Positions 1 to 9,941 of a DNA stretch of 64,000 nucleotides are shown here, in pieces. The stretch comes from Bacteroidales bacterium (GTDB lineage: Bacteria > Bacteroidota > Bacteroidia > Bacteroidales > UBA7960), in contig DATIKH010000026.1 of assembly GCA_035477775.1 (NCBI GenBank), positions 5,029 to 69,028 of the forward strand, written 5' to 3'. A program made the position numbers and the translations under genes. Position 1 is the first letter of the stretch. Every line of letters starts with the position of its first letter. The notes under the pieces are model-generated. The model was not told the origin of the DNA. It saw only the letters and a program-made list of their open reading frames with translations, and did not search any database.

Positions 1-2451
1 CTTACGAATGCAACAGTTGGTGCAACACCTGCTGTTGCACCTCTTCCAGACGGTTCGTTCTACTGGAATGCCAACGGGCAGCTCCTTAGCAAGCACAACG
101 CGGATGGGACAAGAATAGGAGTGGTACCAGGGGCAATTGTTGCCACGGGTTCAAACGCCATGAAGTTTCTGGGAACCAATGGTAACGACGAATACCTTGC
201 TGTTTATTCATTTGGAACCCACAACGAGACTATTCGTGTACTCAGAATACCAAACGGAGTTCCAGAAAATGCCCAAATTGTGTTCATTACCCCAACGTTA
301 AGAGGTGGAGGGGGGGCGAATGCTAATGGTGCTGGTGACGTTGGTTTCGTGCCCTATCCAGATGGAAATGTTGGTTTGTACATTTTGGCGACCAACAATG
401 GCATTGGGGGCTACAGATCCAATAACCTTAATATTACATTCCCTGTTTACACACGCAACACCCTCCTCGTTGCTCCGACTTCCCTCACCGACTTCAGCTA
501 TTTAGAAGGTAGTGGCCCGTCGGCGGCGCAGTCGTTTTCGGTTTCGGGCACAAACCTTGATGGCTCAAATGTAATAGTTACGGCTCCCGCAAACTACGAG
601 GTTTCTGTAACCGCGGACGGAACCTACGGGGCTTCCGTAACTTTAACTGCTTTTAATGGCACCGCAACACCAATTTGGGTAAGGCTTGCAGGAGGTTTAA
701 CTCCAGGTGCTTACTCCGGCGACGTGTCGGTTGCCGGCGGTGGGGCAACCGCAGTTAACGTGGCAGTGAGCGGGAACGTTGTGCCCCGACCGTCCCCAAT
801 CTTAATCGTTGCCCCGACTTCTCTAACGGGATTTACCTATGTCTTTGGCAGCGGCCCGTCGGCGGCGCAGTCGTTTTCGGTTTCGGGAACAGCCCTTGAT
901 GGCACAGATGTAATAGTTACGGCTCCCACAAACTACCTGGTTTCTGCAACCGAGGACGGAACCTACGGGGCTTCCGTAACTTTAACTGCTTTTAGCGGCA
1001 CCGCAACACCAATTTGGGTAAGGCTTGCAGGAGGTTTAGCTCTTGGCGATTACTCCGGCAACGTGTCGGTTGCCGGCGGTGGGGCAACCGCAGTTAATGT
1101 GGCGGTGAGCGGGAACGTTGTGTCCCGACCGCCCACTTTCGCCGTTACCCCATCTTCACTAACGGGATTTACCTACGTAGAGGGCAGCGGCCCGTCGGCG
1201 GCGCAGTCGTTTTCGGTCTCGGGAACAGACCTTGATGGCACAAATGTAATAGTTACGGCTCCCGCAAACTACCTGGTTTCTGCAACCGAGGACGGAACTT
1301 ACGATGCTTCCGTAACTTTAAGTGCTTTTAGCGGCACCGCAACACCAATTTGGGTAAGGCTTGCAGGAGGTTTAGCTCCTGGCGCCTACTCCGGCAACGT
1401 GTCGGTTGCCGGCGGTGGGGCAACCGCAGTTAATGTGGCGGTGAGCGGGAACGTAACAGCCCTCCCTCAAATTGGATGGGCCAACCTGCAATGGCCAGCT
1501 ACAGGAAGCATCACCCTTGGCCAGGAATTCAACGTTTTCGGCCAGGTATGGATCCCCGGAGTAACCGGAGGGGCAACACCTGCTGCCGGCTTGCAAGCGT
1601 GGGTTGGATACAGCACCCAAAACACCAACCCCGATACTTGGACCAACTGGATTGTCTCATCACACCAGGGTCCTGTTGGAAACAACGACGAGTTCGTTAC
1701 TAACCTAGGAGCGGCAATAACAACCCCTGGAACATACTTTTTCGCCACCCGTTACAAGTACCTCGACCAGGCGTATTTATATGGAGGCTTCAATGGTGGT
1801 TTCTGGAATGGAACCAGCAATGTTAGTGGCGTTTTGACCGTAACTGCCGTCCCCCCGCCCACTTTCGCCGTTACCTTCAACGTTAATATGTCGGCGGCAA
1901 CGGGATTCAATCCTGCTACCCACGTGGTTCACATTGCGGGTAACTTCCCTGCACCCAACTCTTGGAACGAGCCAGGCTCAAATGCTGACCTCAGGCTGAA
2001 CCGCGTAGGCGAAACGATGATATGGTCCATCACACTTAACCTGCCTGCAGGCAACGTTGCCTACAAATTCTTCTCCACTCACAGGGGAGCTGGCTGGGGT
2101 GGTGGCGAATGGGATGGTGACCCCAACCGCCAGATAACTGTAACTGGTCCTATGACAGTTAATGATTGGTTCGGATCGCTTAACGACCCCACCACGGTGC
2201 CTGTTATTACCGAGGCAACTGCAGTAATTAACTTGTTTCCAAATCCTGCCCGCACTGTACTTAACATTGCAGCCAACGAAATGATCAGAGAGGTTCGCAT
2301 AATCGACATGCTCGGTCAGGTAGTTTATTCCGCAACGGCCTCAGGGAATAGCCATTTAGTAAACGTAGGCGACCTGAGATACGGTATATATTTTGTACAG
2401 ATTAAAACCCAGACTGGTATTCAAACCAAACGTGTTCAGATTGTAAAATAG
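1..2451 (+). CDS. Secreted multidomain T9SS cargo protein, 5' end cut by the window edge
   Basis: Frame 1 is open from nt 1 through the ORF-track GTG at 121, so the gene continues upstream. It has three tandem ~112-aa repeats (APTSLTGFTY.EGSGPSAAQSFSVSGT.LDG..VIVTAP.NY.VS..DGTY.ASVTL.AF.GTATPIWVRLAGGL..G.YSG.VSVAGGGATAVNVAVSGNV). A CBM20-like stretch follows (FAVTFNVNMS..HIAGNFP..NSWNEPG..AYKFF). The C-terminal tail LFPNPARTVLNI..GIYFVQIKT..KRVQIVK is typical of Por_Secre_tail sorting domains. Confidence 0.8.
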   Translation, partial: LTNATVGATPAVAPLPDGSFYWNANGQLLSKHNADGTRIGVVPGAIVATGSNAMKFLGTNGNDEYLAVYSFGTHNETIRVLRIPNGVPENAQIVFITPTLRGGGGANANGAGDVGFVPYPDGNVGLYILATNNGIGGYRSNNLNITFPVYTRNTLLVAPTSLTDFSYLEGSGPSAAQSFSVSGTNLDGSNVIVTAPANYEVSVTADGTYGASVTLTAFNGTATPIWVRLAGGLTPGAYSGDVSVAGGGATAVNVAVSGNVVPRPSPILIVAPTSLTGFTYVFGSGPSAAQSFSVSGTALDGTDVIVTAPTNYLVSATEDGTYGASVTLTAFSGTATPIWVRLAGGLALGDYSGNVSVAGGGATAVNVAVSGNVVSRPPTFAVTPSSLTGFTYVEGSGPSAAQSFSVSGTDLDGTNVIVTAPANYLVSATEDGTYDASVTLSAFSGTATPIWVRLAGGLAPGAYSGNVSVAGGGATAVNVAVSGNVTALPQIGWANLQWPATGSITLGQEFNVFGQVWIPGVTGGATPAAGLQAWVGYSTQNTNPDTWTNWIVSSHQGPVGNNDEFVTNLGAAITTPGTYFFATRYKYLDQAYLYGGFNGGFWNGTSNVSGVLTVTAVPPPTFAVTFNVNMSAATGFNPATHVVHIAGNFPAPNSWNEPGSNADLRLNRVGETMIWSITLNLPAGNVAYKFFSTHRGAGWGGGEWDGDPNRQITVTGPMTVNDWFGSLNDPTTVPVITEATAVINLFPNPARTVLNIAANEMIREVRIIDMLGQVVYSATASGNSHLVNVGDLRYGIYFVQIKTQTGIQTKRVQIVK
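463..1460 (+). repeat. Three in-frame tandem DNA repeats (period 336-339 bp) inside the T9SS cargo gene
   Basis: The string ggcccgtcggcggcgcagtcgttttcgg recurs at 514, 853 and 1189, with long near-identical flanks. Confidence 0.9.
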
Positions 2452-2477
2452 TTTCAGGTTTTTTTTAGAAGGAGGAG

Positions 2478-2513
2478 ACCGTCTCAAAAGCAAATTGAGG
2501 CGGTTTTCTTTTT
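2478..2513 (+). terminator. Rho-independent terminator after the T9SS cargo gene
   Basis: Stem accgtctcaa / ttgaggcggt (one G-U pair) with a 7-nt loop, followed by tttctttttc. Confidence 0.6.
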
Positions 2514-2708
2514 CCTGTTTTACGCACCTTTTTTTGTTTATACGCAAACTCAAGAAACACTATCGAAGCGCATCACTGTATCTCATTTGCTGCATTCAGT
2601 ACCTGATTCCAAACAGACCAAATCAGGACTACTCAATATGGATGAAGAACAACCCGAACCAGACCAAATTATTTGTAAAAATTTCAAGGGTGTTGCAAGG
2701 CTGAAAAC

Positions 2709-2746
2709 AAAAAAAAGGCCCCGGAACCGGAGCCTCTTTTTGTTTT
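2709..2746. terminator. Possible bidirectional terminator downstream of ackA
   Basis: An A-run, then the imperfect GC-rich inverted repeat aggccccgg..ccggagcct, then ctttttgtttt. It sits 14 nt from the ackA stop. Confidence 0.4.
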
Positions 2747-2759
2747 ATTAGCTGCTTTA

Positions 2760-3986
2760 TCAGGAGTTGCCGTTCTTGCCTCCAAAAGCTACAATTTTTA
2801 CCGTATCGTTGGCAATTACAAGTTCCTCGTTGGTAGGAACCACCATGACCTTTACCTTGGAGTCGTGTTTTGAAATAAGTTCGAGTTTTCCACGAATGCC
2901 ATTGTTGCGGTCCACATCGAATGTAAGTCCCAGAAACTCAAAACCTTTACACACGGCTTCACGTGTTTCGGGGCCATTTTCGCCTACCCCGCCGGTAAAA
3001 ATAAGCAGGTCGAGGCCACCCATGGCGGCTGCATAGGCTCCAATGTATTTTTTAATCCGGTAAATATACATATCGAGAGCAAGCTGGGCCCGTTTGTTGC
3101 CTTCATTCCAGGCGGCGTTTTCAATATCGCGCATATCGTAGGAAACACCACTAATACCCAACACGCCACTTTTCTTATTGATCAGGTTGGTGGCATCTTC
3201 GGTATTCAGTCCCTTCTTCTTCATGATGTAAAGCAAAGCTCCCAGGTCAAGATCGCCTGCACGGGTACCCATCAGCAAACCTTCAACCGGCGTAAGTCCC
3301 ATCGAAGTGTCAACAGATTTTCCATTTTTAATGGCGGCAATGGAAGCCCCGTTGCCTAAATGGCATGTAATGGCTTTAACGTTGTCCTGCCTGAGAAACA
3401 AAGCATCGCATGCCCTGGTAAAAACATACTTATGGCTCGTTCCATGAAAGCCATAACGGCGGATCTTGTCATGTTCGTACATTTCGTAAGGCAGGCCATA
3501 CATATAAGCATGCTGGGGAATGGTTTGGTGGAATGCCGTATCGAACACAGCAACCATTGGTATATTCGGAAGCAATTTCTTCATCGACAGGATACCATTC
3601 AGGTTGGCAGGGTTATGCAGGGGAGCCAATTCTACTACCTCTTCTATATTCCGGATTACCTCTTCATTTATGAGTACGCTCTGGCTGAATTTTTCACCTC
3701 CATGGGCAACCCTGTGCCCAACGGCAAAAATTTCATCAATATTGCCCAAAACGCCATGCTGCGGGTCGAGCAAAATTTTAAGAATCAGATCGATACCTGT
3801 TTCATGGTTCTCCACATCCTGAATCAATGTGTATTTATCCTTGCCCTTGGGTTGGTGTTTAAGCACACTGTCTTTCAATCCAATACGGTCAAGTAGCCCG
3901 ATGGCCAGCAATTCCGAATTATTGGCCATGTTAATCAGTTGGTACTTCACCGATGAGCTTCCGCAGTTCAGCACTAAAATTTTCAT
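2760..3986 (-). CDS. ackA: Acetate kinase
   Basis: N-terminus MKILVLNCGSSSVKYQL, plus the motifs HRVAHGG, FDTAFHQT, YGFHGTSH and VPTNEE. Length is 408 aa. Confidence 0.95.
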   Translation of the reverse strand: MKILVLNCGSSSVKYQLINMANNSELLAIGLLDRIGLKDSVLKHQPKGKDKYTLIQDVENHETGIDLILKILLDPQHGVLGNIDEIFAVGHRVAHGGEKFSQSVLINEEVIRNIEEVVELAPLHNPANLNGILSMKKLLPNIPMVAVFDTAFHQTIPQHAYMYGLPYEMYEHDKIRRYGFHGTSHKYVFTRACDALFLRQDNVKAITCHLGNGASIAAIKNGKSVDTSMGLTPVEGLLMGTRAGDLDLGALLYIMKKKGLNTEDATNLINKKSGVLGISGVSYDMRDIENAAWNEGNKRAQLALDMYIYRIKKYIGAYAAAMGGLDLLIFTGGVGENGPETREAVCKGFEFLGLTFDVDRNNGIRGKLELISKHDSKVKVMVVPTNEELVIANDTVKIVAFGGKNGNS

Positions 3987-4045
3987 TCGAAAATAATTTT
4001 AAGATTAAGGTATAGAAGGGAGTTATGTTTACAAACAACAATGGG

Positions 4046-5047
4046 TTAATTTGAAGCTGCCTGGTTTACTGTAATGGCAACCAGGTTCACAATATCATCA
4101 ACCGAACAACCTCTCGACAGGTCGTTGATCGGAGCAGCCATTCCCTGAAGCACAGGACCTACGGCTTCGGCTCCGGCAAGGCGCTGTACAAGTTTATAAG
4201 CAATATTGCCGGTTTCGAGGGTCGGAAACACCAACACATTAGCCTTACCGGCTATCGGGCTATCGGGAGCTTTGCTTTTGCCAATGGCTTCAACTATGGC
4301 CGCATCGGCCTGCAGTTCGCCATCAATGAGCAGATTTGGATCCATCTCCCTGGCCAGGCGGGTGGCTTCGATTACTTTATCGCACATTGGATGACTGGCG
4401 CTGCCCTTTGTCGAAAAACTCAACATGGCTACCCGGGGCTCAAGGCCGGTAATGGCCCGGGTTGTTTTACCTGTGGTTACTGCAATTTCTGCAAGTTCGC
4501 GTGCCGTTGGATTGGGATGAACAGCACAATCGGCAAACACCATAAGTCCCTGGTCACCCCAATGTTTTTCTTTCATGATCATGATAAAGGCACCAGAAAC
4601 CACTCCAATACCCGGAAGCGTTTTGATGATTTGAAAAGCAGGGCGCAATACATTTCCGGTTGTGTTGGCTGCACCGGCAACCTCTCCATGGGCATCTCCA
4701 TTTTTTATCAGCAGTGTTGCCAGATAAAGGGGGTCGGCAGCGAGTTTATAACCTTCATCATACGTTAATCCTTTATTTTTTCTGATATCCACCAGCATTT
4801 CGGCAAAATACTTTCTGCGCTCCCAGGTTTCGGGGTCAATTACAGTTGCCTTGTTGATGTTTCTGAGGCCAAATCCGGCGGCAATTTGCCTAATCTTTTC
4901 AGGGTTGCCTAAAAGGATTAGTTGAGCCAACTCCTCTTCAAGGATGATATCTGCGGCTTTCAGTGTACGTTCTTCAAAACCTTCGGGAAGGACAATGGTT
5001 TTGTTTATTTTTTTTGCTTTGTTTTTAATCGAGTCCAGGAGTTGCAT
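4046..5047 (-). CDS. pta: Phosphate acetyltransferase
   Basis: MQLLDSIKNKAKKINKTIVLPEGFEERTLKAA and the C-terminal SRGCSVDDIVN pattern of short-form Pta. The ATG at 5047 is preferred over the ORF-track TTG at 5068. It lies directly upstream of ackA on the same strand. Confidence 0.9.
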   Translation of the reverse strand: MQLLDSIKNKAKKINKTIVLPEGFEERTLKAADIILEEELAQLILLGNPEKIRQIAAGFGLRNINKATVIDPETWERRKYFAEMLVDIRKNKGLTYDEGYKLAADPLYLATLLIKNGDAHGEVAGAANTTGNVLRPAFQIIKTLPGIGVVSGAFIMIMKEKHWGDQGLMVFADCAVHPNPTARELAEIAVTTGKTTRAITGLEPRVAMLSFSTKGSASHPMCDKVIEATRLAREMDPNLLIDGELQADAAIVEAIGKSKAPDSPIAGKANVLVFPTLETGNIAYKLVQRLAGAEAVGPVLQGMAAPINDLSRGCSVDDIVNLVAITVNQAASN

Positions 5048-5324
5048 TGGAGAAAGAAAAAATAGCAATACAGATATTATGGTGAATCAATTTGTACAAA
5101 TGAAAAATAAGAACAGTTGAAAACCTTTTAGGAATTCATCCGGCTTACAACTTTTCAAAAATTTCTTTGGGGAAGGTTTCTGTTTAAAGCTCCTTCAAAA
5201 AGTGCTGCAAATTTAGATTTTATAAATATCCCTGCAAAATAAAATCGACAACATTTTGCAAAACAGCTCATCTGGCAGATGTTTTTTCAATGGTAAACAT
5301 TACCATTATTAAACCCAAACAAAA

Positions 5325-5332
5325 TACCTTTG
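5325..5332 (+). promoter_or_regulatory. Bacteroidota-type -7 box (TAnnTTTG)
   Basis: TACCTTTG lies 13 nt upstream of the ATG at 5345. Confidence 0.35.
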
Positions 5333-5344
5333 CAAAAATTGCGG

Positions 5345-6271
5345 ATGAAGGCTGGTCAAATACTTTTGTACGGACTGATTTGTCTATTGTGGATTTTTGG
5401 AACAGCAGGTTGGCTTTCGGCCAATCCGGAAGTTCCACTGTATGGTTATTCTATGCCTTCCCAAACATTTTTAGTTGTTGACAGTTTTCCTGCTGCTTCA
5501 GATGGGATTTTTGCTACTGACACTGACGGCATGAGCTCCAGGTTGAAAAACTGGGCATCGTTTTACGGGGACGGTAATCTTCTGCATCCCGAAGAATTCA
5601 CCATCAGACCACTGGAACCCGCGAAAACAGCCACCTGGGTGTTTTGGCTGTTGATACTGAGCCTTGGGGGTTTGTCTTATGCCCGAATGTATTTTCCTTA
5701 CCGCTCGCGGCAATATTTCAGGGCACTTCTGGGGATAAGGAATTTTAACCAAATGGAGCGCGAAGGAGGTTATTTTGACGAACCTCCAGCTTGGGTTTTC
5801 TTTGTGAATTTCGCCCTGATTTTTTCCCTTCTGGTGGTGCAAACCATCAACCAAACGGATATAATTTCCGTTTTTGGAGACACCCCACAACATGTCCTTT
5901 TTGGAATTATTTCGCTGTTGGTGTTTTCATTCTTTCTGGTAAAATATCTGGCAACAGGTTTTATTGCCTGGGTATTTCAAACCCAGTCGGCAAATGCGAC
6001 CTACACCAGAAATTTTTACCTTTTCAACAACCTTGCAGGCGTATTGATTCTGCCGGTAGTAATTTTTAATGCTTTCAATCCAACACCCATCGCATTGTAC
6101 ATAGGCTGGCTGATAGTTCTGACGCTCAATGTTTTTAAGGTGTACAGGGGGATAGTACTTGGAATCAACCGGTCGGAGTTTTCTGCGTATTACTTATTTT
6201 TGTACTTTTGCACCATCGAATTGATTCCAATTCTTTTAATTGCAGAAATTGCAGGCCTTAACCTGCTTTAA
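5345..6271 (+). CDS. Multi-pass membrane protein, DUF4271-like
   Basis: Several hydrophobic segments. It sits immediately upstream of the hemD-like gene, which is the synteny I associate with DUF4271 in Bacteroidota. The ATG at 5345 is preferred to the TTG at 5330, which overlaps the -7 box. Confidence 0.55.
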   Translation: MKAGQILLYGLICLLWIFGTAGWLSANPEVPLYGYSMPSQTFLVVDSFPAASDGIFATDTDGMSSRLKNWASFYGDGNLLHPEEFTIRPLEPAKTATWVFWLLILSLGGLSYARMYFPYRSRQYFRALLGIRNFNQMEREGGYFDEPPAWVFFVNFALIFSLLVVQTINQTDIISVFGDTPQHVLFGIISLLVFSFFLVKYLATGFIAWVFQTQSANATYTRNFYLFNNLAGVLILPVVIFNAFNPTPIALYIGWLIVLTLNVFKVYRGIVLGINRSEFSAYYLFLYFCTIELIPILLIAEIAGLNLL

Positions 6272-6332
6272 GGCCAAACTGTAAGTACCCCCCGAAAGTA
6301 AAACCACAAACCACAAAGAAGGAGGAGGCGCA

Positions 6333-7076
6333 TTGAAAATAAAGAAGATTCTCATTTCACAACCACAGCCCGAAGGCGACAGATCGCCTTATGCAGACCT
6401 GGTTAAGCAGTTTAATCTTGATCTCACTTTTAAAAATCTCATAAAAATTGAAAGAATCAGCGCAAAGGAGTTTCGCCAGCAACGCATAAATATACCAGAC
6501 TACACTGCGCTGATATTTACCTCAAGGCACGCTGTAGATCACTTTTTTGCCCTGGCCGAAGACATGCGTCTTCAAGTTTCGGAACAAATGAAATATTTCT
6601 GCACTTCAGAAACTGTTGCCCTTTATCTGCAAAAATACGTCCACTACCGAAAGCGCAAGATCTTCTTTGCCAAAGCCCAAATCAACGAATTGATTGACCT
6701 GATTAAAAAGCACAGGGATGAAAAATACATTTTCATCTGCACTGAGAACTATCAAAACGACATTCCCTTGATGTTGAACAACAACAAGGTAACCTACGTT
6801 TGCGCCCCCATTTACCGTACGGTACCCGAAGATCTTACGGGTATAAACATCAACGACTATCAGATGGTGGTGTTTTTCAGTCCGTTTGGCGTAGAATCTA
6901 TCAAAAAGAATTTTCCTGATTTTAATCAGGGCGACCAAATTTTTGGTGCTTTTGGCGAAGGCACTGCGAAGGCAATAATCAACAATGGGTACAAACTTCA
7001 TGTGATGGCGCCCAATGAGAAATTCGCATCCATGGTACCGGCACTTCAGGATTTCCTTCTGAAAAACAAGAAATAA
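6333..7076 (+). CDS. hemD: Uroporphyrinogen-III synthase family protein
   Basis: N-terminus KILISQPQPEGDRSPYADL.., typical of the Bacteroidota HemD-like family. TTG start preceded by aaggaggagg. Confidence 0.7.
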   Translation: MKIKKILISQPQPEGDRSPYADLVKQFNLDLTFKNLIKIERISAKEFRQQRINIPDYTALIFTSRHAVDHFFALAEDMRLQVSEQMKYFCTSETVALYLQKYVHYRKRKIFFAKAQINELIDLIKKHRDEKYIFICTENYQNDIPLMLNNNKVTYVCAPIYRTVPEDLTGININDYQMVVFFSPFGVESIKKNFPDFNQGDQIFGAFGEGTAKAIINNGYKLHVMAPNEKFASMVPALQDFLLKNKK

Positions 7077-7134
7077 ACCCAGGGGGTGAACCGCCAGGAC
7101 TCCTGGTTCTGATGTGCAAATTCGTAGGGGCCCT

Positions 7135-7665
7135 ATGCAATCCTTTAAAAAAAGTGAACGGCTGTGCCTTACCCGGCTGAAGGAGTTGCTCTTTGATAAG
7201 GGCAAGGTGCTGTCAGTATATCCCTTTAGAGTTTTCTATATCTGCACTACTCGAGAAAGTCATCCCGGGCCTGGTAGTTTCAACTCAAAGAACAATCACT
7301 TGCTCCAAGTTCAAGAGAAGATACCTGACGGTTTTTTACCCGCTTTGTGGCAGGAAGTCCTGTCAGATGGTTTTGCATCAAATCCTTTTCCTGCTCAGAT
7401 GCTGGTTTCAGTTCCAAAAAAACGGTTTAAAAAAGCAATACAACGAAACCGACTGAAAAGACTTGTAAAAGAAGCTTACCGGAAAAACAAGGAGGGGTTT
7501 TATTCGTTACTTAATCAAAGGGGTCTTGTGTGCCTTGTTGCATTTGTTTATACGGGTTCCCAAATTTTGCCCTTTCATGAAGTAGAAAGCAAAATCGTAG
7601 TAATTTTACAAAAGCTTGGCCGGGTTGTATCTGGTACGGTTATTGCCGATGCTGAAACCAGGTAA
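7135..7665 (+). CDS. rnpA: Ribonuclease P protein component, unusually long
   Basis: FKKSERLCLTRLKELLF.. followed by VPKKRFKKAIQRNRLKRLVKEAYR (the RNR motif). It is directly upstream of yidD, the classic rnpA-yidD order. Confidence 0.8.
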   Translation: MQSFKKSERLCLTRLKELLFDKGKVLSVYPFRVFYICTTRESHPGPGSFNSKNNHLLQVQEKIPDGFLPALWQEVLSDGFASNPFPAQMLVSVPKKRFKKAIQRNRLKRLVKEAYRKNKEGFYSLLNQRGLVCLVAFVYTGSQILPFHEVESKIVVILQKLGRVVSGTVIADAETR

Positions 7666-7671
7666 TTCTAT

Positions 7672-7911
7672 ATGTTGTTGGTAAGTTGGATATCAAAGGC
7701 TGCAACCCTAGTTCTGGTAGGTTTAATACGTTTATACCAGGGTGCTGTTTCACCCTATCTGCGCAGCAGTTGTCGGTTTGTGCCTACCTGTTCGCACTAT
7801 GGTGTGGAAGCATTGAAAAAGCACGGGCCTTTAAAAGGTGGCTGGCTGACTTTAAAAAGGATTCTGTCGTGTCACCCCTGGGGAGGCAGTGGATATGATC
7901 CGGTTCCATAA
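7672..7911 (+). CDS. yidD: Membrane protein insertion efficiency factor YidD
   Basis: [53 protein letters not shown]. Confidence 0.9.
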   Translation: MLLVSWISKAATLVLVGLIRLYQGAVSPYLRSSCRFVPTCSHYGVEALKKHGPLKGGWLTLKRILSCHPWGGSGYDPVP

Positions 7912-8070
7912 TTTTTGCAAACATCAGCCATTCGACGCTATCAAGATTATAACACAAACTAAGGGAGGCTTGCTGGCAATTGCCACTCCTAACAACCAAA
8001 TAGGTTTTTTTACAAACATTTTTGAAATCTACTTTTTCGAGTTCCTGGAACTTCACCTGTAATTTAATTT

Positions 8071-9747
8071 ATGATGAAAACCTTTCTGAAAATAAAGGCC
8101 CGGATAAAGGTTATACTCGTGGCTTCGGTATTGCTTGTTTCTATTCTTTTTTTATCGGCTTTTGGCTCCCGCAATTTCGAAATCGTCAAGAATCTCGACA
8201 TTTTTGCCAGCCTGTTTCGCGAACTGGTAGTAAACTATGTTGAAGAGATAGACCCTTCTGAGTTGGTTCAAACTGCCATTGATGAAATGCTGCTTACCCT
8301 CGACCCATATACTACCTTCATACCCGAATCGCAGCTCGAAGAAATTCAGTTTATGACTACCGGAACCTACGGAGGTATTGGAGCACTTATTGCAACCCGC
8401 GGGCAGCACACCATCATAGCTGAAATTTACGAAGGTTTTCCTGCGCATGTTTCTGGTCTGAAGGCAGGCGACAGAATCCTGTCGATAAGCGACAAGGAGG
8501 TGTCGGGACTACCGTCGGATGAGGTAAGGGAGTTGCTTGTAGGCCCTCCCGGAACGACAATTAACATCCTGGTGTCCCGGCAGGGTATTACCGAGTCTTT
8601 CTCGGTTCCAGTAACACGACAATTGGTTACCATAAGAAACGTCACCTATGCCGGCATGCTGCAGGATGGGATCGGGTACATTCTGGTTTCCGGTTTTACT
8701 CAAAATGCGGGTCGTGAGGTAAGAGATGCCCTACACTCGCTGAAGCAGGACCAACAACTACGGGGTGTCATCATCGACCTTAGAGGAAACGGTGGTGGTT
8801 TGTTGAACGAAGCCGTGAATATTACCAACCTGTTCGTTGAAAGAGACCAGATTGTGGTGAACACCAAGGGCAGGATTCCAGATCGGAATTCCACCCACCG
8901 CACGCTCAACGAACCATTAGACACCCGAATTCCACTGGTAGTAATGGTTGACAGGGGCTCGGCCTCGGCCTCCGAAATCGTTGCAGGCGCTATTCAGGAT
9001 TTAGACCGCGGTGTAATCTTAGGGCAACGCACATTCGGTAAAGGGCTGGTTCAAAACGTGGTTCCCCTTAGCTTCAACAGCCAGTTAAAAGTTACCGTGG
9101 CCAAGTATTACACCCCGAGTGGCCGCAGCATTCAGGCGATAAATTATGCCCAACGCAACGAAGATGGCAGCGTGGCCATGATTCCCGATTCGCTCAAGCA
9201 AGCCTTTAAAACCCGAAATGGCCGGGTTGTTTATGACGGCGGTGGCATCCTGCCCGACGTTGTTACCCCTGCTCCACAGCTAAGCCGCGTCTCTCAATCA
9301 CTTTTAGGAAGGTTCTTGATTTTTGATTTTGCCAGCTCGTTTTATCGTGACAACCCCGGACTTCAGTCAATCGAAGATTTTACAATAACCCCTGAGCTAT
9401 ACAACGATTTCAGGGAATTTCTTTCTGGCAAGGATTACAGCTACCAAACCAATACCGAAACGCTTTTGGCCGAACTTAAAAGAGCAGCTCAGGCCGAAAG
9501 AAAGTTCAGCGCTGTTGAAGCCGAATTCAATGCCCTGAAAGAAAAAATCTATGACACCAAAGAAGTAGATATTATAACCTTCAAGCCTGAAATTTCGCAG
9601 TTGCTCAAAGAAGAGATTGCTTCGAGGTATTTTCTGCAGAAAGGTCGCGTAATAGCCTCTCTGCCTTACGATCCTGAAATAAAGGAGGCAATCGGAATAT
9701 TGCTCGACCAGGAAAGATACAGGTCACTGCTTTCCCGCAGGAGGTAA
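8071..9747 (+). CDS. S41 family C-terminal processing peptidase
   Basis: PDZ-like block (GLKAGDRILSISD), IIDLRGNGGG, and a GSASASEIVAGAIQD serine site with FGKGLVQ. Confidence 0.9.
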   Translation: MMKTFLKIKARIKVILVASVLLVSILFLSAFGSRNFEIVKNLDIFASLFRELVVNYVEEIDPSELVQTAIDEMLLTLDPYTTFIPESQLEEIQFMTTGTYGGIGALIATRGQHTIIAEIYEGFPAHVSGLKAGDRILSISDKEVSGLPSDEVRELLVGPPGTTINILVSRQGITESFSVPVTRQLVTIRNVTYAGMLQDGIGYILVSGFTQNAGREVRDALHSLKQDQQLRGVIIDLRGNGGGLLNEAVNITNLFVERDQIVVNTKGRIPDRNSTHRTLNEPLDTRIPLVVMVDRGSASASEIVAGAIQDLDRGVILGQRTFGKGLVQNVVPLSFNSQLKVTVAKYYTPSGRSIQAINYAQRNEDGSVAMIPDSLKQAFKTRNGRVVYDGGGILPDVVTPAPQLSRVSQSLLGRFLIFDFASSFYRDNPGLQSIEDFTITPELYNDFREFLSGKDYSYQTNTETLLAELKRAAQAERKFSAVEAEFNALKEKIYDTKEVDIITFKPEISQLLKEEIASRYFLQKGRVIASLPYDPEIKEAIGILLDQERYRSLLSRRR

Positions 9748-9941
9748 CACCAGGAGTTTATTAAGCCAGATGCCTTCGGAGTACGTTTTGGCTATTATTG
9801 AAACGCTGAAGCGATTCCGAACATACCATGCCGCTGACAGAAATTTGAAAATCAGCTTTTTTAACCGGTTTTTCATTTTTTCTTCATCTTTTATTACACA
9901 ATTTTGCATTACATTTGAACAAAGCCCATTCATTTTATAGG

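Noticed and set aside
2495-2704. 69-aa ORF in the spacer between the T9SS cargo gene and ackA.
   Set aside because: It starts inside the upstream terminator hairpin, has low-complexity hydrophobic/basic content, and has no start context or recognisable family.
6606-7205. 199-aa minus-strand ORF across hemD-like and the rnpA start. Similar antisense ORFs exist at 28502..29170 (C69 gene) and 58963..59574 (aspS).
   Set aside because: All are antisense to genes with unambiguous family motifs, and none has motifs of its own.
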